Shown here in pieces: positions 14,260 to 25,505 of a stretch of 64,000 nucleotides of DNA. A program made the position numbers and the translations under genes. Position 1 is the first letter of the stretch. The number at the start of each line of letters is the position of its first letter. The DNA is from Torpedo marmorata (taxonomy: Eukaryota), in contig OZ360239.1 of assembly GCA_977017645.1 (NCBI GenBank), forward strand, positions 55,056,001 to 55,120,000. Reading direction: 5' to 3'. Below the pieces are notes generated by a model that saw nothing but the letters and a program-made list of their open reading frames with translations, was not told the DNA's origin and searched no databases.

Positions 14260-15200
14260 TTAAAAAAAAGTGACTGATGAATCATCACAGCCTGCTTCTT
14301 CCTGTGCCTGTAGTTGAATTTTGCAATCTTTTGTTCCTTTTAAATGAGTCTGTCGAGTACTTTCTTCACTGGCAAGGTTTTTAAACATAGCTTTTAAATC
14401 AGTTTGCTCAGCATTTTCTTTGCTACCCTGTTTCTCATCTCTTGGAATACAAGCATCTAGCACTGTTTCCTGTTCTCTCTTTCTCTTCAAGGAAAAAAAA
14501 ATCCCTACCACATGACCAGGTTTCTTATAATAGTTACAAAATGAACCAAAAGGTTTTCCCCATCTATTTTCTACCTTATTTTGGTACTTCATGTTACCCT
14601 TCTGAAAAGGTATTTTAGGCACAAATTTCACATTGTGATAGTCATCTGCAAATGTAGCAGAATTTCGTCCCTTTTTAAAAGTTTCACTTGGCTTTAATTT
14701 AAGATCTGGATTTACATCATACTCATTTGAAAATTCTGCAAAATCTGACCGTTTCTATTTCTCTCATCTCTATTTCAAACCTCTGTTTTTTTCTGCTTCT
14801 TCTGCCTCAAATCTCCTTTGCCGTTCTGCCTCCTCCAGTCTATATTTTCTCTCTCTCTCTCTCTCTCTCTAATTTCTTTGTTTCAAACTCCATCTCCTTT
14901 ACACGTAATTCAATCTCTATTCTACGTCTCTCTAACTCAACATGTTCCAGCTGTAACTGCTGTTTAAGAGAGTAAGATTTTCACTCAGGAAATTGTTTTA
15001 ACTCCTCCTTCTTTTTCACCCTCTGCAACTCTGCAGAGCTTGAAAATTCCAAAAGCTTATCAAGTCTCATTTGGAAAGTTTCACTTGGCCCACACTTAGT
15101 TTTGGGGTTTAAAACATAATCATCTGCAATTTTTGCAGACTTTGACGAAGTCTCCACTTACAAATCTACACAGATTGGTGATAACAAACATTTACCAAAA
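14260..15200 (-). pseudogene. Gypsy gag remnant with degenerate zinc knuckle
   Basis: CNYYKKPGH knuckle-like motif in ORF 14260-14631; position between PBS and integrase. Confidence 0.55.
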
Positions 15201-15331
15201 CCCATTGCAGCTGTTGTGTTTACACACACACACAATAAGCCTTTTAATTGGCTTTCAAAAAGATTTTTAACCAACAAATCGAATTTTAATCTATCAAATA
15301 AGCTCTCATTAAGCTCATAATTATTGGTCAA

Positions 15332-15349
15332 ATCACGAATGAGCCCCCA
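15332..15349 (-). other. Primer-binding site, tRNA-Pro-like
   Basis: Minus strand TGGGGGCTCATTCGTGAT just inside the 5' LTR; 15/18 match to TGGGGGCTCGTCCGGGAT. Confidence 0.75.
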
Positions 15350-15353
15350 ATTT

Positions 15354-16408
15354 TGTTACGAACTAACAAACCTTGCTAGTACTAACAAAGGAACAGCAAT
15401 GGAGAATTCACCAGACAATGGTAAATTAAAAATAATAGTATTTATTAAACTATTAATAACATAACATTTCTTTCTTATCTCTAAACTTAACTCTAACTTA
15501 AACCCCACTATGCACAAATGTAAATGAGTGTGTGTTAAAGTCCAAAATATTTTAGTTTAAACTTGGTTCTGAAAAAGCCAATTTTAAAGTCCAGTTTCAA
15601 ACTTTTTGTTGAACTTCAGGATCCCTTTAAATTGTGGTTCAGAGTAATTATAGAGCAAGAATGGTGCATCAGATTTCTTTCAAACTCACACATCTTTTGA
15701 TGAGTTGTCTTTCAGAGATTCTTTCTTCATACGAGTGTTTTCACAAGTTTTCCCCTATCTTGTTAAGGTTACAGAACTGATCTTCAAGATGATTTCTTTC
15801 TTAATCAACAGTGGTCTGTCTTATTTTAAAAGCCACTTATATGGTGTATCTCCTATGGTAAGGATAATACACAAAACAGCACCTCTATCTATGTCAGAGA
15901 TCACTGCTTCAAATTTTGTCTTTCCAGAAAGTCAAATTTCTTCAGAGGTCTTCAGAGTTGTCCAAAATATCTCTCTGCCTGCATTATATAGTTCTCTGAC
16001 ATCATGTGACGTGACATCAGCACAGTTTCATTTCTGCAAAACCTTTTGCCTTCCTTCAGAACCACTTCATATCCATTAAAACATCTGACCTCATCTCTGT
16101 TTAAGTGGTCATATCTCCGGAAAATCTGGCACATGTCACTCAAATGACACTTAAATTTGCAACAGCTGCTAGCATACTGCTTTTAAGAACCACACATTGT
16201 CCTGAAATCACTTAAAATTCACTTCTGTTTCATTATTGGTTTTGTCTTCTTAGACCTTGTGACTCCAAGCTGACATTCTTTCTCTTAGTGCAATGGTTTT
16301 TCTGCAAATGTGTGTGACCGACCAGCCCACAACTAACCTTACTATCAATATATATAATTCTATAACCTAACTTTAAATATTAATATTAACATTAACACAT
16401 CCTTTACA
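15354..16408 (-). repeat. 5' LTR of the Gypsy element
   Basis: TG...CA termini; direct repeat of 10253-11322. Confidence 0.92.
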
Positions 16409-16937
16409 CTGAAGAACGGCCACTTGGAGATTTCAGCCGTTCTTCTGCCATAATGCAAATTTCCAGCTCAGATGAGAATCCGAGGACAATTTAATGAATC
16501 CCCTTCAACTTCACCCATCCAGAGTCAGTTAGTTCAGGCAAAGCCTCTGGCGATGTTCAATTATCTAGACGGCAATTGATTGGCAGTCGAAGGTGGAAAT
16601 GCCGGAAAAGTAGATTAGTCTAGATAAGTACTTTATGATCGACATATAGAGGTGGTGAGCGGAAGGGCTTGTCCCAATCTGCCTATTTCCCAATGAATCT
16701 CAATAGACTGCAATTATTAAATACACTCCTATATGTTTATACGTATGCACCTGATTAAGGTTATGAAAGGGAATCTATCTTGAGGTCTCGTGTGTCTGGA
16801 TTGCCAAACTTCTGGCAACCTTCCAAGGAGGGATGAATTTAAAACGGATTAATAATTTACGGGTTTGATCGCGTGTCTGAGGCGCAGCTTCTTCCATCTG
16901 TCAACGAGTTGCCTCAATACTTCTGTTCTCTCCCTAG

Positions 16938-17546
16938 GAAGCTGCGGTTGAGTTGATCTTCGCCGCCTTCTCCACGACAGCTAGTGCCAGCACATCCCTG
17001 GTGTTGCTGCTCCTTCAGCACTCCCAGGTCCTAGAGAAAGCGAGGTACGAACTGGAACAGCACGGTCTGATCCCCAGTTGCCAGTGCAATAGGCTCTTTG
17101 CCACCCAGGATAAAACCGTGGGCCACAAAAACAGCCGGCGTGTCCCTGAAACTGAAAACCAGGCGAGCGAGTCCATGGAAAGCCACCAGCGGCCAGAGAA
17201 TTTAGCCAGAGACAGTACCTTCCAATCTTCCGTTACTATTGTGGATAAATCCATCCGGCATAAAGAGTCTTCTCATATCCGCGCCGACCACGATCGTACC
17301 ATCCCAGATAAAGAACAGCCTTCCCCCTTTCGAAATAGCGAGTGTCCGGTAGCCGAGTCTCCCGGGGCGGCGGCGAAGGAGAGTGAAACAGGACGGTCGT
17401 GCGGAGATTGCGACTGTCAGCGCTCTCTGAGTCTGGAAATCCTGGGCCGCCTGCGCTACCTCGACTGTGTGGTCAAGGAGGTCCTGAGGCTGCTTCCCCC
17501 TGTGTCTGGGGGTTACAGGACGGCGCTGCAGACATTTGAACTGAAT
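16938..17546 (+). CDS. CYP26C1: Cytochrome P450 26C1, penultimate coding exon (I-helix to K-helix), 203 aa
   Basis: ccctag|GAA acceptor, AAT|gtaagt donor; EAAVELIFAAFSTTASASTSLVLLLLQH and KEVLRLLPPVSGGYRTALQTFEL (ExxR); synteny with CYP26A1/MYOF favours C1 over B1. Confidence 0.92.
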
Positions 17547-17934
17547 GTAAGTAAACTTCCAGTCGGGAAAGAAGGCTCTCTCTCATTTATAGATTCGGAA
17601 TTCGGCTGCGTAGACGTGACCATTGCCTGCGCCAACTTTGCCAAAGAGTATTCTAATCTGGTCCCTTCCCCTGGCAAAAAAAAATAAAAAAATCTTCGGA
17701 GCACTTATCCAATACCCTTTCAAAGGTTATTGAAACTGCATCCATCGATCGTCCTTGTCGAGTATTCCAGATTATAATAATTTATTTTTATAGCCGTCCG
17801 TCATTAGTCACTGTTATTTGTGAATTCACTACACCCGTCGCGTGTGGGATCTATATTATCCAGTTCAATGTAGTTCAATTTTCGATCATTTTGATTTCGG
17901 TATTTTAAACTGTTTTGCTTATTCCGAAAAGTAT

Positions 17935-18140
17935 CCAGCAACACATAATGCCGGAGGAACTCGGCGAGTCGGGCGCATCCGTGGAAGATAATTGACAGCT
18001 GATATTTCGGCCCGAGACCCTGTCAGGGTTTTCGGCCCGAAACGTCGACTGTTTATTACCTTCCATGGCCTGAATCGCTGAGTTCCTCCAACATTTTGTG
18101 TGTTGCTCCAGTTTTACAGCATCTGATTGCCTGTGAGAAG
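17935..18140. mobile_element. Fold-back Penelope terminal-repeat element (divergent subfamily)
   Basis: GCCGGAGGAACTCGGCGAGTC arm inverted against GCTGAGTTCCTCCAAC; contains GGCCCGAAACGTCG. Confidence 0.6.
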
Positions 18141-20024
18141 TTTCCACCCACCTCCAATAAAGGGGTCGGATTCCATTGTACTGAGGAAGCGGGCTGTAAT
18201 GCTAACTAAGTCTAGCGCGGTGTTCGGTGAGCTGGATCGAGCTGAAACGAATGCAATAATGAACAGCTAAAACACTTCAGTCTGTACGTTCCACACAGAC
18301 GTGGGGCTGGAGGGTGAAGGTATGTTTAAGAGGTTACAATAATAAATATCAAGGTCGATTCAAAAGACTATTGGCTCGCAAGGTGCATAAAAGGAGGGGA
18401 GTAACGGAAATCTTCGGTTTGTATCAAGGACTTGAAATATTTTCCAGTGTTTCGTAATACACGGGAGACTTAGAGGCGCAGATAAAATCAGAATTGCTTT
18501 CCCACATGCAGACATTCATAAGGAGCCTGACGCATCGATCGAAGAATAATTGTCGACCAAATCATAAGGCCTTCCTGCTTAGAGAAGCAGAACTTTGCTT
18601 CTGGCCGGACTTATTCTAACCAAACCACAGGGGTGAAGGACAGTCAGCCGGGAGAGGGAGTGGTGGTGAGAATCACAATGGCCATTGATCCCAAAGCAGC
18701 CCACATGTTAAAGTGGGTAACTCTCTTGAAAGGAACCCCTTGAAAAGATACCACGGGTTCATTATAAACAGCTGGTACGAGGAAACTCGTAGTCTCTCGT
18801 GCAGTATTGAAGTTGTACGCCCAATTCCTTGAAATAAAATAAAAATAATTGCTGTTGCCAGAAAAGTGAAATGAGCAGGAATATCTGGAAAATCAAACGA
18901 ACCCCCATCCACCCAATATATTAAATGTTCAGATGTTGCCTGGCCTGTTCATAGGGTTGGGACTTGTAGATGTGTTACTGGGGTTCATAGAATTTCGTCT
19001 TGACTCTAGAAACTCTTCAAGCCAAATTAAGTACTGCAAAGTTAGATACATCATAGTCTGTCCTTTCACGACATTATTAATGCACATTGTAACTGGTTGA
19101 AACTTTATATTGGAGAAACACGTGCAGGAATCTTGAGCAAACAAAACGGAGCGAGAGGGTTTGCAGATTCCTAAAAGGATCTGTACCCGAAACCTTGTCT
19201 GTCTATATTTCTCCATGAATGCCTACTGACCTGCTGAGTCTCTCCAGATTCTTTGTTTTCTGAAGCTCAATATTGATGTTTGTGACACATCGCACGCAAC
19301 AGACTGGCCATCTGTAAAATCCATTTTTTATTTCTATTGCTTTTCTGCTCTTTAATAAATTCTCTCTGAATTCTGATATATCCTCGCCTCCATCTTATAA
19401 ACATCTCATTTGAAGAATCGTATATTCTATATCCAGCTATTCATCTTAAATATTCATCTGTTTAAATTTATCAAACGTTCCTTTGTTTCTGTTCATTTTT
19501 CCCTGTTGAAAAAACATTGTCATCTTCCAATCAAACTGCACGTTGGGGATGGGCAATGAAGGAGGGCGTTGCCAGCGACATCCACATTCCTTACGCAATA
19601 ACTCGAAGAAGCACAATCTGCTACCACCTTGCCTAACTTCTCAAACTCATTTAGTACTCCCCATAGCTCACATTCCTTCCTAACTTTCTATCATCAGTAA
19701 ACTTAGATACAATTTGAATTTGCATCTTAGTTGTTAACATAAATGGAGTTAGCCGAAGGGCCAAGGCTGGTCCTTGTGACATCTCACTGCTAACATGAAA
19801 GGCACTGATTTATCCCACCCTCTTTCTGCTGAAGTTTGACGTTTATCGGTAAAGGCCGATTTCACCTTGCATTCGCGGACCTTCGCGAAAAAAAAACCGC
19901 AATAAATGATCAGAATTCGTTAATGTGTGCGTTGGAAGTCCTTGGGGTGGCTGAAGAAAAAAAGGCAAGTGAATGGTTGGACCTGCCCCATTATGCAATG
20001 ATATGAACCCAGTATCCAGTCTCG

Positions 20025-20292
20025 TAAAACACGAAAATCTGTAGACACCGTGGTTGAAGTAAAAAACACAAATGCTGGAGAAACTCAGCAGGTCAAACAG
20101 TGTCTTTTATGTAGCAAAGGTAGAAATACATAACCGACGTTTCGGGCTTGAGCCCTGTTCGGACACCTGCCGGCATTTTCTCATACTTTGATGAAGGGCT
20201 CAAGCCCGAAACGTCGGTTATGTATTTCTACCTTTGCTACATAAAAGACACTGTTTGACCTGCTGAGTTTCTCCAGCATTTGTGTTTTTTTA
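20025..20292. mobile_element. Young fold-back Penelope terminal-repeat element with hammerhead-like motif
   Basis: ~100-bp near-perfect inverted arms; 15-bp TSD CAGTATCCAGTCTCG (20010-20024 and 20293-20307). Confidence 0.85.
20182..20222 (+). ncRNA. Putative minimal type-I hammerhead ribozyme (U3 variant)
   Basis: CATACT-TTGATGA-A-GGGC(TCAA)GCCC-GAAAC-GTC-GGTTATG: stem I, core, stem II, palindromic minimal stem III, GUC triplet. Confidence 0.55.
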
Positions 20293-20999
20293 CAGTATCC
20301 AGTCTCGGAGCTGTGTTTTGACAAACTGCCTGGACTTCCCCTGAGAACATCAGCGATGCCATCCATCAAGAAGGCTGCGCTGTTTTCAATGCCCTTTCTC
20401 TGACATGTTCCCTTTCCGCAACGCGGACGCGAGTGGCAGGGTTGACATTAATTGTCTGTCCCCCACACACACCCCCCCCCCCTTGACCCTACTCTGAAAT
20501 TCCACGCAGTTGCCAGTGCGGAGTGGCACTTGGGTCAGGCCAAGGATGGGAGGATTTTCCTGAAGGGCGTGCTGAATTAGAAGGGATTTGTTACAACCAT
20601 CTGATCGTTTCCTGATAACCATTACTGATTCTATTTAAAACCCAAGGTTTCTTCATATCTACTGTATCTGTTTTAAACCTCCAAGCTATTATGTCCAGTA
20701 CAAGTTGTCCAGGGTGAAAAATGTGCTTGGGACTGCTTGAGGAATATGGCCCCGGTCTCTGTCCTGGTGCTGATGAGCCGAGGCCCGTACACCGCCTCTT
20801 CCCGTGCTTTCCACAAACTACCACACAACATCCGTGCAGTCCAACGTGACGCTGCTCGTAGCAGCGCTGCAAGAGAACGGCAACAACCACTTCACAGCCG
20901 ACCATCTTGTCGAGCATTTTGAGTGCACGTTCGCGATGCTCTTTGCACAGAGGCCGAAGGTTCAGATGGCGTGCACTTGTCGACTGTTTGCTCAGTGCG

Positions 21000-21292
21000 A
21001 AGGGGTCACAGTTTAAGGATAAAGGGGAAGTCTTTTAGGACTGAGATGAGAAAAAAAAATTCACTCAGAGGGTGGAGAATTTGTGGAATTCTCTGCCACA
21101 GGAAGTAGTTGAGGCCGGTTCCTTAGCTATATTTAAGAGGGAGTTAGATTTGGCACTTGTGACTAAGGGGATCAGGGGGTATGGAGAGAGAGCTGGTACT
21201 GAGTGGATGATCAGCCATGATCAAAACGAATGGCGGTGTAGGCTTGAAGGGCCAAATGGCCTACTCCTACATCTATTTTCTATGTTTCTATG
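21000..21292 (+). mobile_element. CR1 3'-end fragment
   Basis: RGHSLRIKGKSFRTEMR-like translation, NLWNSLPQEVVEA; TTTCTATG tail. Confidence 0.75.
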
Positions 21293-21440
21293 AATGCTAC
21301 CGTTTTCTGGGCACGTGGTGACAGCTTGCAAATTTGAACAATGTAATGATTTACAATGGTGTGCATTTAATGGTGTGCAATCCTGAATATTCAAATACCG
21401 GTAACTAAATCTCTAAATGAGTATGTGCAATTTATTTAAG

Positions 21441-21762
21441 TAAAACACGAAAGTCTGCAGACACCATGGTTGAAGTAAAAACACAATGCTGGAGAAACTC
21501 AGCAGGTCAAGCAGTGTCCTTTATATAGCAAAGGTACAGATAGGAGAGCATCAAGGTACAGATGGGGAGCAGTTTTGCTGGTGTGCCCTTCTACCTATTA
21601 CCACCTATTACCTCCTGCCTGTGGGCCTCCCTCTGCCCCTCCTCCTCACTCTTTTGTTCGGGCGCCTGCCCACATTTTTTCAAGCCCGAAACGTTGGTTA
21701 TGTATCTTTATCTTTACTACACTGTTTGACCTGTTGAGTTTCTCCAGCATTGCGTGTTTACA
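21441..21762. mobile_element. Fold-back Penelope terminal-repeat element
   Basis: Same family arms as 20025-20292; TSD-like AATTTATTTA at 21429-21438 and 21766-21775. Confidence 0.75.
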
Positions 21763-21865
21763 TGGAATTTATTTATTTAGTTTCGAAAAGCGTTAAATTC
21801 TACAAGCTTGCCTTCATACAGTCTGATTCAACAATTTAACCCGGTCATTCTATCTTTTTTTTAAA

Positions 21866-22106
21866 AAATTAGACATACAGCACGGTAACAGGCCATTTCG
21901 GCCCACGAGTCCGTGCTCTCCAATTTACACCCAATTAACCTACAGCCCCGGTACGTTTCGAACGGTGGGAGGAAAACCGGAGCCCCCGGGGAAAACCCAT
22001 GCATACACGGGGAGAACGTACAAACTCCTTACAGACAGCGCGGGATTCGAACCCAGGTCCCGATCGTAAAGGCGTTGCGCTAACCGCTACACCAACCGTG
22101 CCGCCC
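21866..22106 (-). mobile_element. tRNA-derived V-SINE (HE1-like) with CR1-derived tail
   Basis: Minus strand GGGCGGCACGG.., A box TGTAGCGGTTAG, B box GGTTCGAATCCC, V-domain-like GGAGTTTGTACGTTCTCCCCGTG, tail GGCCTGTTACCGTGCTGTATG. Confidence 0.8.
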
Positions 22107-23509
22107 ATTTATTTAAGTGACCAAAATTTCCAACACAATCTTCTCCCTCGAGCTGCAAGCAAAGCTCTATCCAACAAGGGTCTTCGACTTGAAACGTTAC
22201 CTCTGTTTCTCTTTCCTTAAATGGTACTTGACCTGCTGAGTTTTACCTGGTTTTTCATCTTATTTTATATTTCCAGCATTGTAATTTTTACGAGTTAGAA
22301 ATGTCCTTAATTTTATAACCACTCAGACCACCATTTATTTAAAAATACTAATTGTCCACATCTCAATACACACGATACATTTGGCTGCACGATGTACTAC
22401 TGTTCCAAGGAAACGATCTCAAACGCGTGCTTTCGAAACTCATCCTGCAGCATCCAGGAAAAACAGGTCAGTTTTTCTTCAGTCAGCCCCCCCTCCCCAG
22501 ATATGATTTCGCATCCCAGAGCCGCGAACGTTTCCTTTAATGCCGAGCCCGCAGGAAAATACTGTCTCCGAGATGAGTGAATGATCCCCTGTATATTGTC
22601 AAATCCCTTGTTAATACTTCCTATTCAGGGTCACGGTTACACTGAGTATTTGTCCCACTCAGAACTGTTCGAGGGCAACATAAGAACTGCAGAAGCTGAA
22701 ACCTTGAGCAAAGAAAGAGAAGAGGGAGGAACTCAACGGGTCGGGCAGCATCCGTGGAGAGAGATGGACAAAGTTTCGCGTCGGGTCCCTTTTTGGAGAC
22801 TAGGTCGGAAAAGTGAGATATTCAAGCGTGAAGAGAGGGTCGAGGAGGGTGGGGGGTGGTGGGGGGTAAGATGGAAGAGGATACTGGACAGAAGAAGATC
22901 GGAGGTGGAGAAATAGGTGGGGAAGAGAGTACTGGTGATTGGAGAAAAAAGCGAGTACGGGAGCGTGTAAAGGACAGATAGAATGTGGAACCGGATGATG
23001 GTGGGGGGCTGTGCTGGATGTCACACAGCCCTGCAACGCCCTTTTTCCATTACTATGGTTTTTGTTGCATTGGTTCCCCATGCCCCAACAGATGGAGATC
23101 AAGATTCGTTGCGGCTCCGTCCCATCAACTATCCTGTAAATTAATCACTACTTCTCCACCGCGGCTCATTGCTCAATTCCTGCTCTCTGACATGTTGGCG
23201 TTCTCTATTTTGAAAGTCACTCTCTCATTATCCTCCTTTCCTATTTTGAAACGAACATTTATTTTGTCTCAAAAAGGACGTAGAGGGACTCACCAGGTCA
23301 CGCAGCATCCGAAGAGAGAAAGGAGCAGTCAACATTTCGGTCGGGTATCTTTCATGTTCAAGATAACTGCAAAGGCAATTCTCTGTCTTTTATCTTGTTG
23401 CTCCTCAGATGTCTGTCTTTCCCCAAAGCTAATAAGCTCCCCCCCCATCTCCCTACTTCTCCTCCCTCTCTCTCCCAGTCACGCTTACGAGGTTCTCCTT
23501 CCCTATCTC

Positions 23510-24901
23510 TACTTTCCCCCTCCCTCTTCCCTCCCTCTTCCCTTCCCCTCTCCTTCCCTCTCTTTCTCTCTTTCCCCCTCTCTTTCCCCCTCTCTTTCCC
23601 CCTCTCTTTTCCCCCTCTCTTTCCCCCTCTCTTTCCCCCTCCTTCTTCCCCCTCTCTTTCCCCCTCTCTTTCCCCCTCTCTTTCCCCCTCTCTTCCCCTC
23701 TCTTTCCCCCTCTCTTCCCCCTCTCTTTCCCCCTCTCTTTCCCCTCTCTTTCCCCCTTCTTTCCCCCTCTCTTTCCCCCTCTCTTTCCCCCTCTCTTTCC
23801 CCTCTCTTTCCCCCTCTCTTTCCCCTCTCTTTCCCCCTCTCTTTCCCCTCTCTTTCCCCTCTTCTTCCCCCTCTCTTTCCCCCTCTCTTCCCCCTCTCTT
23901 CCCCCTCTCTTCCCCCTCTCTTTCCCCCTCTCTTTCCCCTCTTTCCCCCTTCTTTCCCCCTCCTTTCCCCTCTCTTTCCCCCTCTCTTCCCCTCTCTCCC
24001 CTCTCTTTCCCCTCTCTTTCCCCCTCTCTTTCCCCCTCTCTTTCCCCCTCTCTTTCCCCCTCTCTATCCCCCTCTATCCCCCTCTTTCCCCCTCTCTTTC
24101 CCCCTCTCTTTCCCCCTCTCTTTCCCCCTCTCTTTCCCCCTCTCCTTCCCCCTCTTTCCCCCTCTTTCCCCCTCTTTCCCCCTCTTTCCCCCTCTCTTTC
24201 CCCTCTCTTTCCCCCTCTCTTTCCCCCTCTCTTCCCCCTCTCTTCCCCCTCTCTTTCCCCTCTCTTTCCCCCTTCTTTCCCCCTCTTTCCCCTTCTTTCC
24301 CCCTCTCTTTCCCCCTCTCTTTCCCCCTCTCTTTCCCCCTCTCTCCCCCTCTCTTTCCCCCTCTCTTTCCCCCTCTCTATCCCCCTCTATCCCCCTCTTT
24401 CCCCCTCTTTCCCTCTCTTTCCCCCTCTCTTTCCCCCTCTTTCCCTCTCTTTCCCCCTCTCTTTCCCCCTCTCTTTCCCCCTCTTTCCCCCTCTCTTTCC
24501 CCCTCTTTCCCCCTCTCTTTCCCCCTCTCTTTCCCCCCTCTCTTTCCCCCTCTCTTTCCCCCTCTCTTTCCCTCTCTTTCCCCCTCTCTTTCCCCCTCTC
24601 TTTCCCCCTCTTTCCCCCTCTCTTTCCCCCTCTTTCCCCCTCTCTTTCCCCCTCTCTTTCCCCCTCTCTTTCCCCCTCTCTTTCCCCCTCTCTTTCCCCC
24701 TCTCTTTCCCCCTCTCTTTCCCCCTCTCTTTCCCCCTCTCTTTCCCCCTCTCTTTCCCCCCCTCTTTCCCCCTCTCTTTCCCCCTCTCTTTCCCCCTCTC
24801 TTTCCCCCTCTCTTTCCCCCTCTCTTTCCCCCTCTCTTTCCCCCTCTCTTTCCCCCTCTCTTTCCCCCTCTCTTTTCCCCTCACTTTTCCCCCTCTTTCT
24901 C
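23510..24901 (+). repeat. ~1.4-kb polypyrimidine minisatellite (TCTCTTTCCCCC)n
   Basis: Almost pure C/T, ~12-bp unit, directly visible. Confidence 0.97.
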
Positions 24902-25107
24902 CGTGGTTGTAGGTCCCACTGTCTTGCAAACGCTTTGAAATCTTTCTTCCCCGAGGGAAATTACTGGGGATTTGTAAGGAAGCAGGGATGAAAACGTACG
25001 GACAGTTGGTAAGGAGGTAGAAACAAAGCGGCGTGAGGCAGGAATGAATCACAGCAGTGCAGAACCGTATGTGAGTGGGCCATCTGCTTCCGACGAGCTG
25101 AATGAGT

Positions 25108-25360
25108 AAAAAAACACAAATGCTGGAGAAACTCAGCAGGTCAAACAGTGTCTTTTATGTAGCAAAGGTAAGAAATACATAACCGACGTTTCGGGCTTGA
25201 GCCCTTCATCAAAGTATGAGAAAATGCCGGCAGGTATAATCGAAACGTCGGTTATGTATTTCTACCTTTGCTACATAAAATACACTGTTTGACCTGCTAA
25301 GTTTCTCCAGCATTTGTGTTTTTTACTTCAACCACGGTGTCCACAGATTTTCGTGTTTTA
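25108..25360. mobile_element. Young fold-back Penelope terminal-repeat element
   Basis: Inverted arms; 13-bp TSD GAGCTGAATGAGT (25095-25107 and 25361-25373); hammerhead-like motif on minus strand 25178-25218. Confidence 0.85.
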
Positions 25361-25505
25361 GAGCTGAATGAGTGACAGCTTGTAGAAGGTAGCAAGCCTA
25401 TTGGCCATCGAGCGTAAGGCGAAGGGATGAATTAATTACTTGTTATAACTCTAAATAACATATCTCAAGCACTGCCCGCAGTTACCTGCTCTGTCTGATT
25501 CACAG

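Larger units (their letters stand above)
10253..16408 (-). mobile_element. Ty3/Gypsy LTR retrotransposon, Gmr1-like (INT-RT-RH order), degenerate
   Basis: Two ~1.06-kb LTRs, 5-bp TSD CTGAA (10248-10252 and 16409-16413), PBS, PPT, fragmented gag/integrase/RT/RNaseH ORFs. Confidence 0.93.

Noticed and set aside
10676-16143. Duplicated ORFs at 10676/15705 and 10851/15952 suggesting paralogous genes
   Set aside because: They lie inside the two LTRs and have no recognisable domain
20770-20795. CTGATGAG as another hammerhead core
   Set aside because: No GAAA after a stem II
22030-22106. tRNA gene
   Set aside because: A/B boxes belong to a SINE head followed by a V-domain and LINE tail
22985-25052. 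Long ORFs of 668, 505 and 221 aa
   Set aside because: Artefacts of the stop-free C/T minisatellite; low-complexity P/S/L/F or G/K/E/R translations
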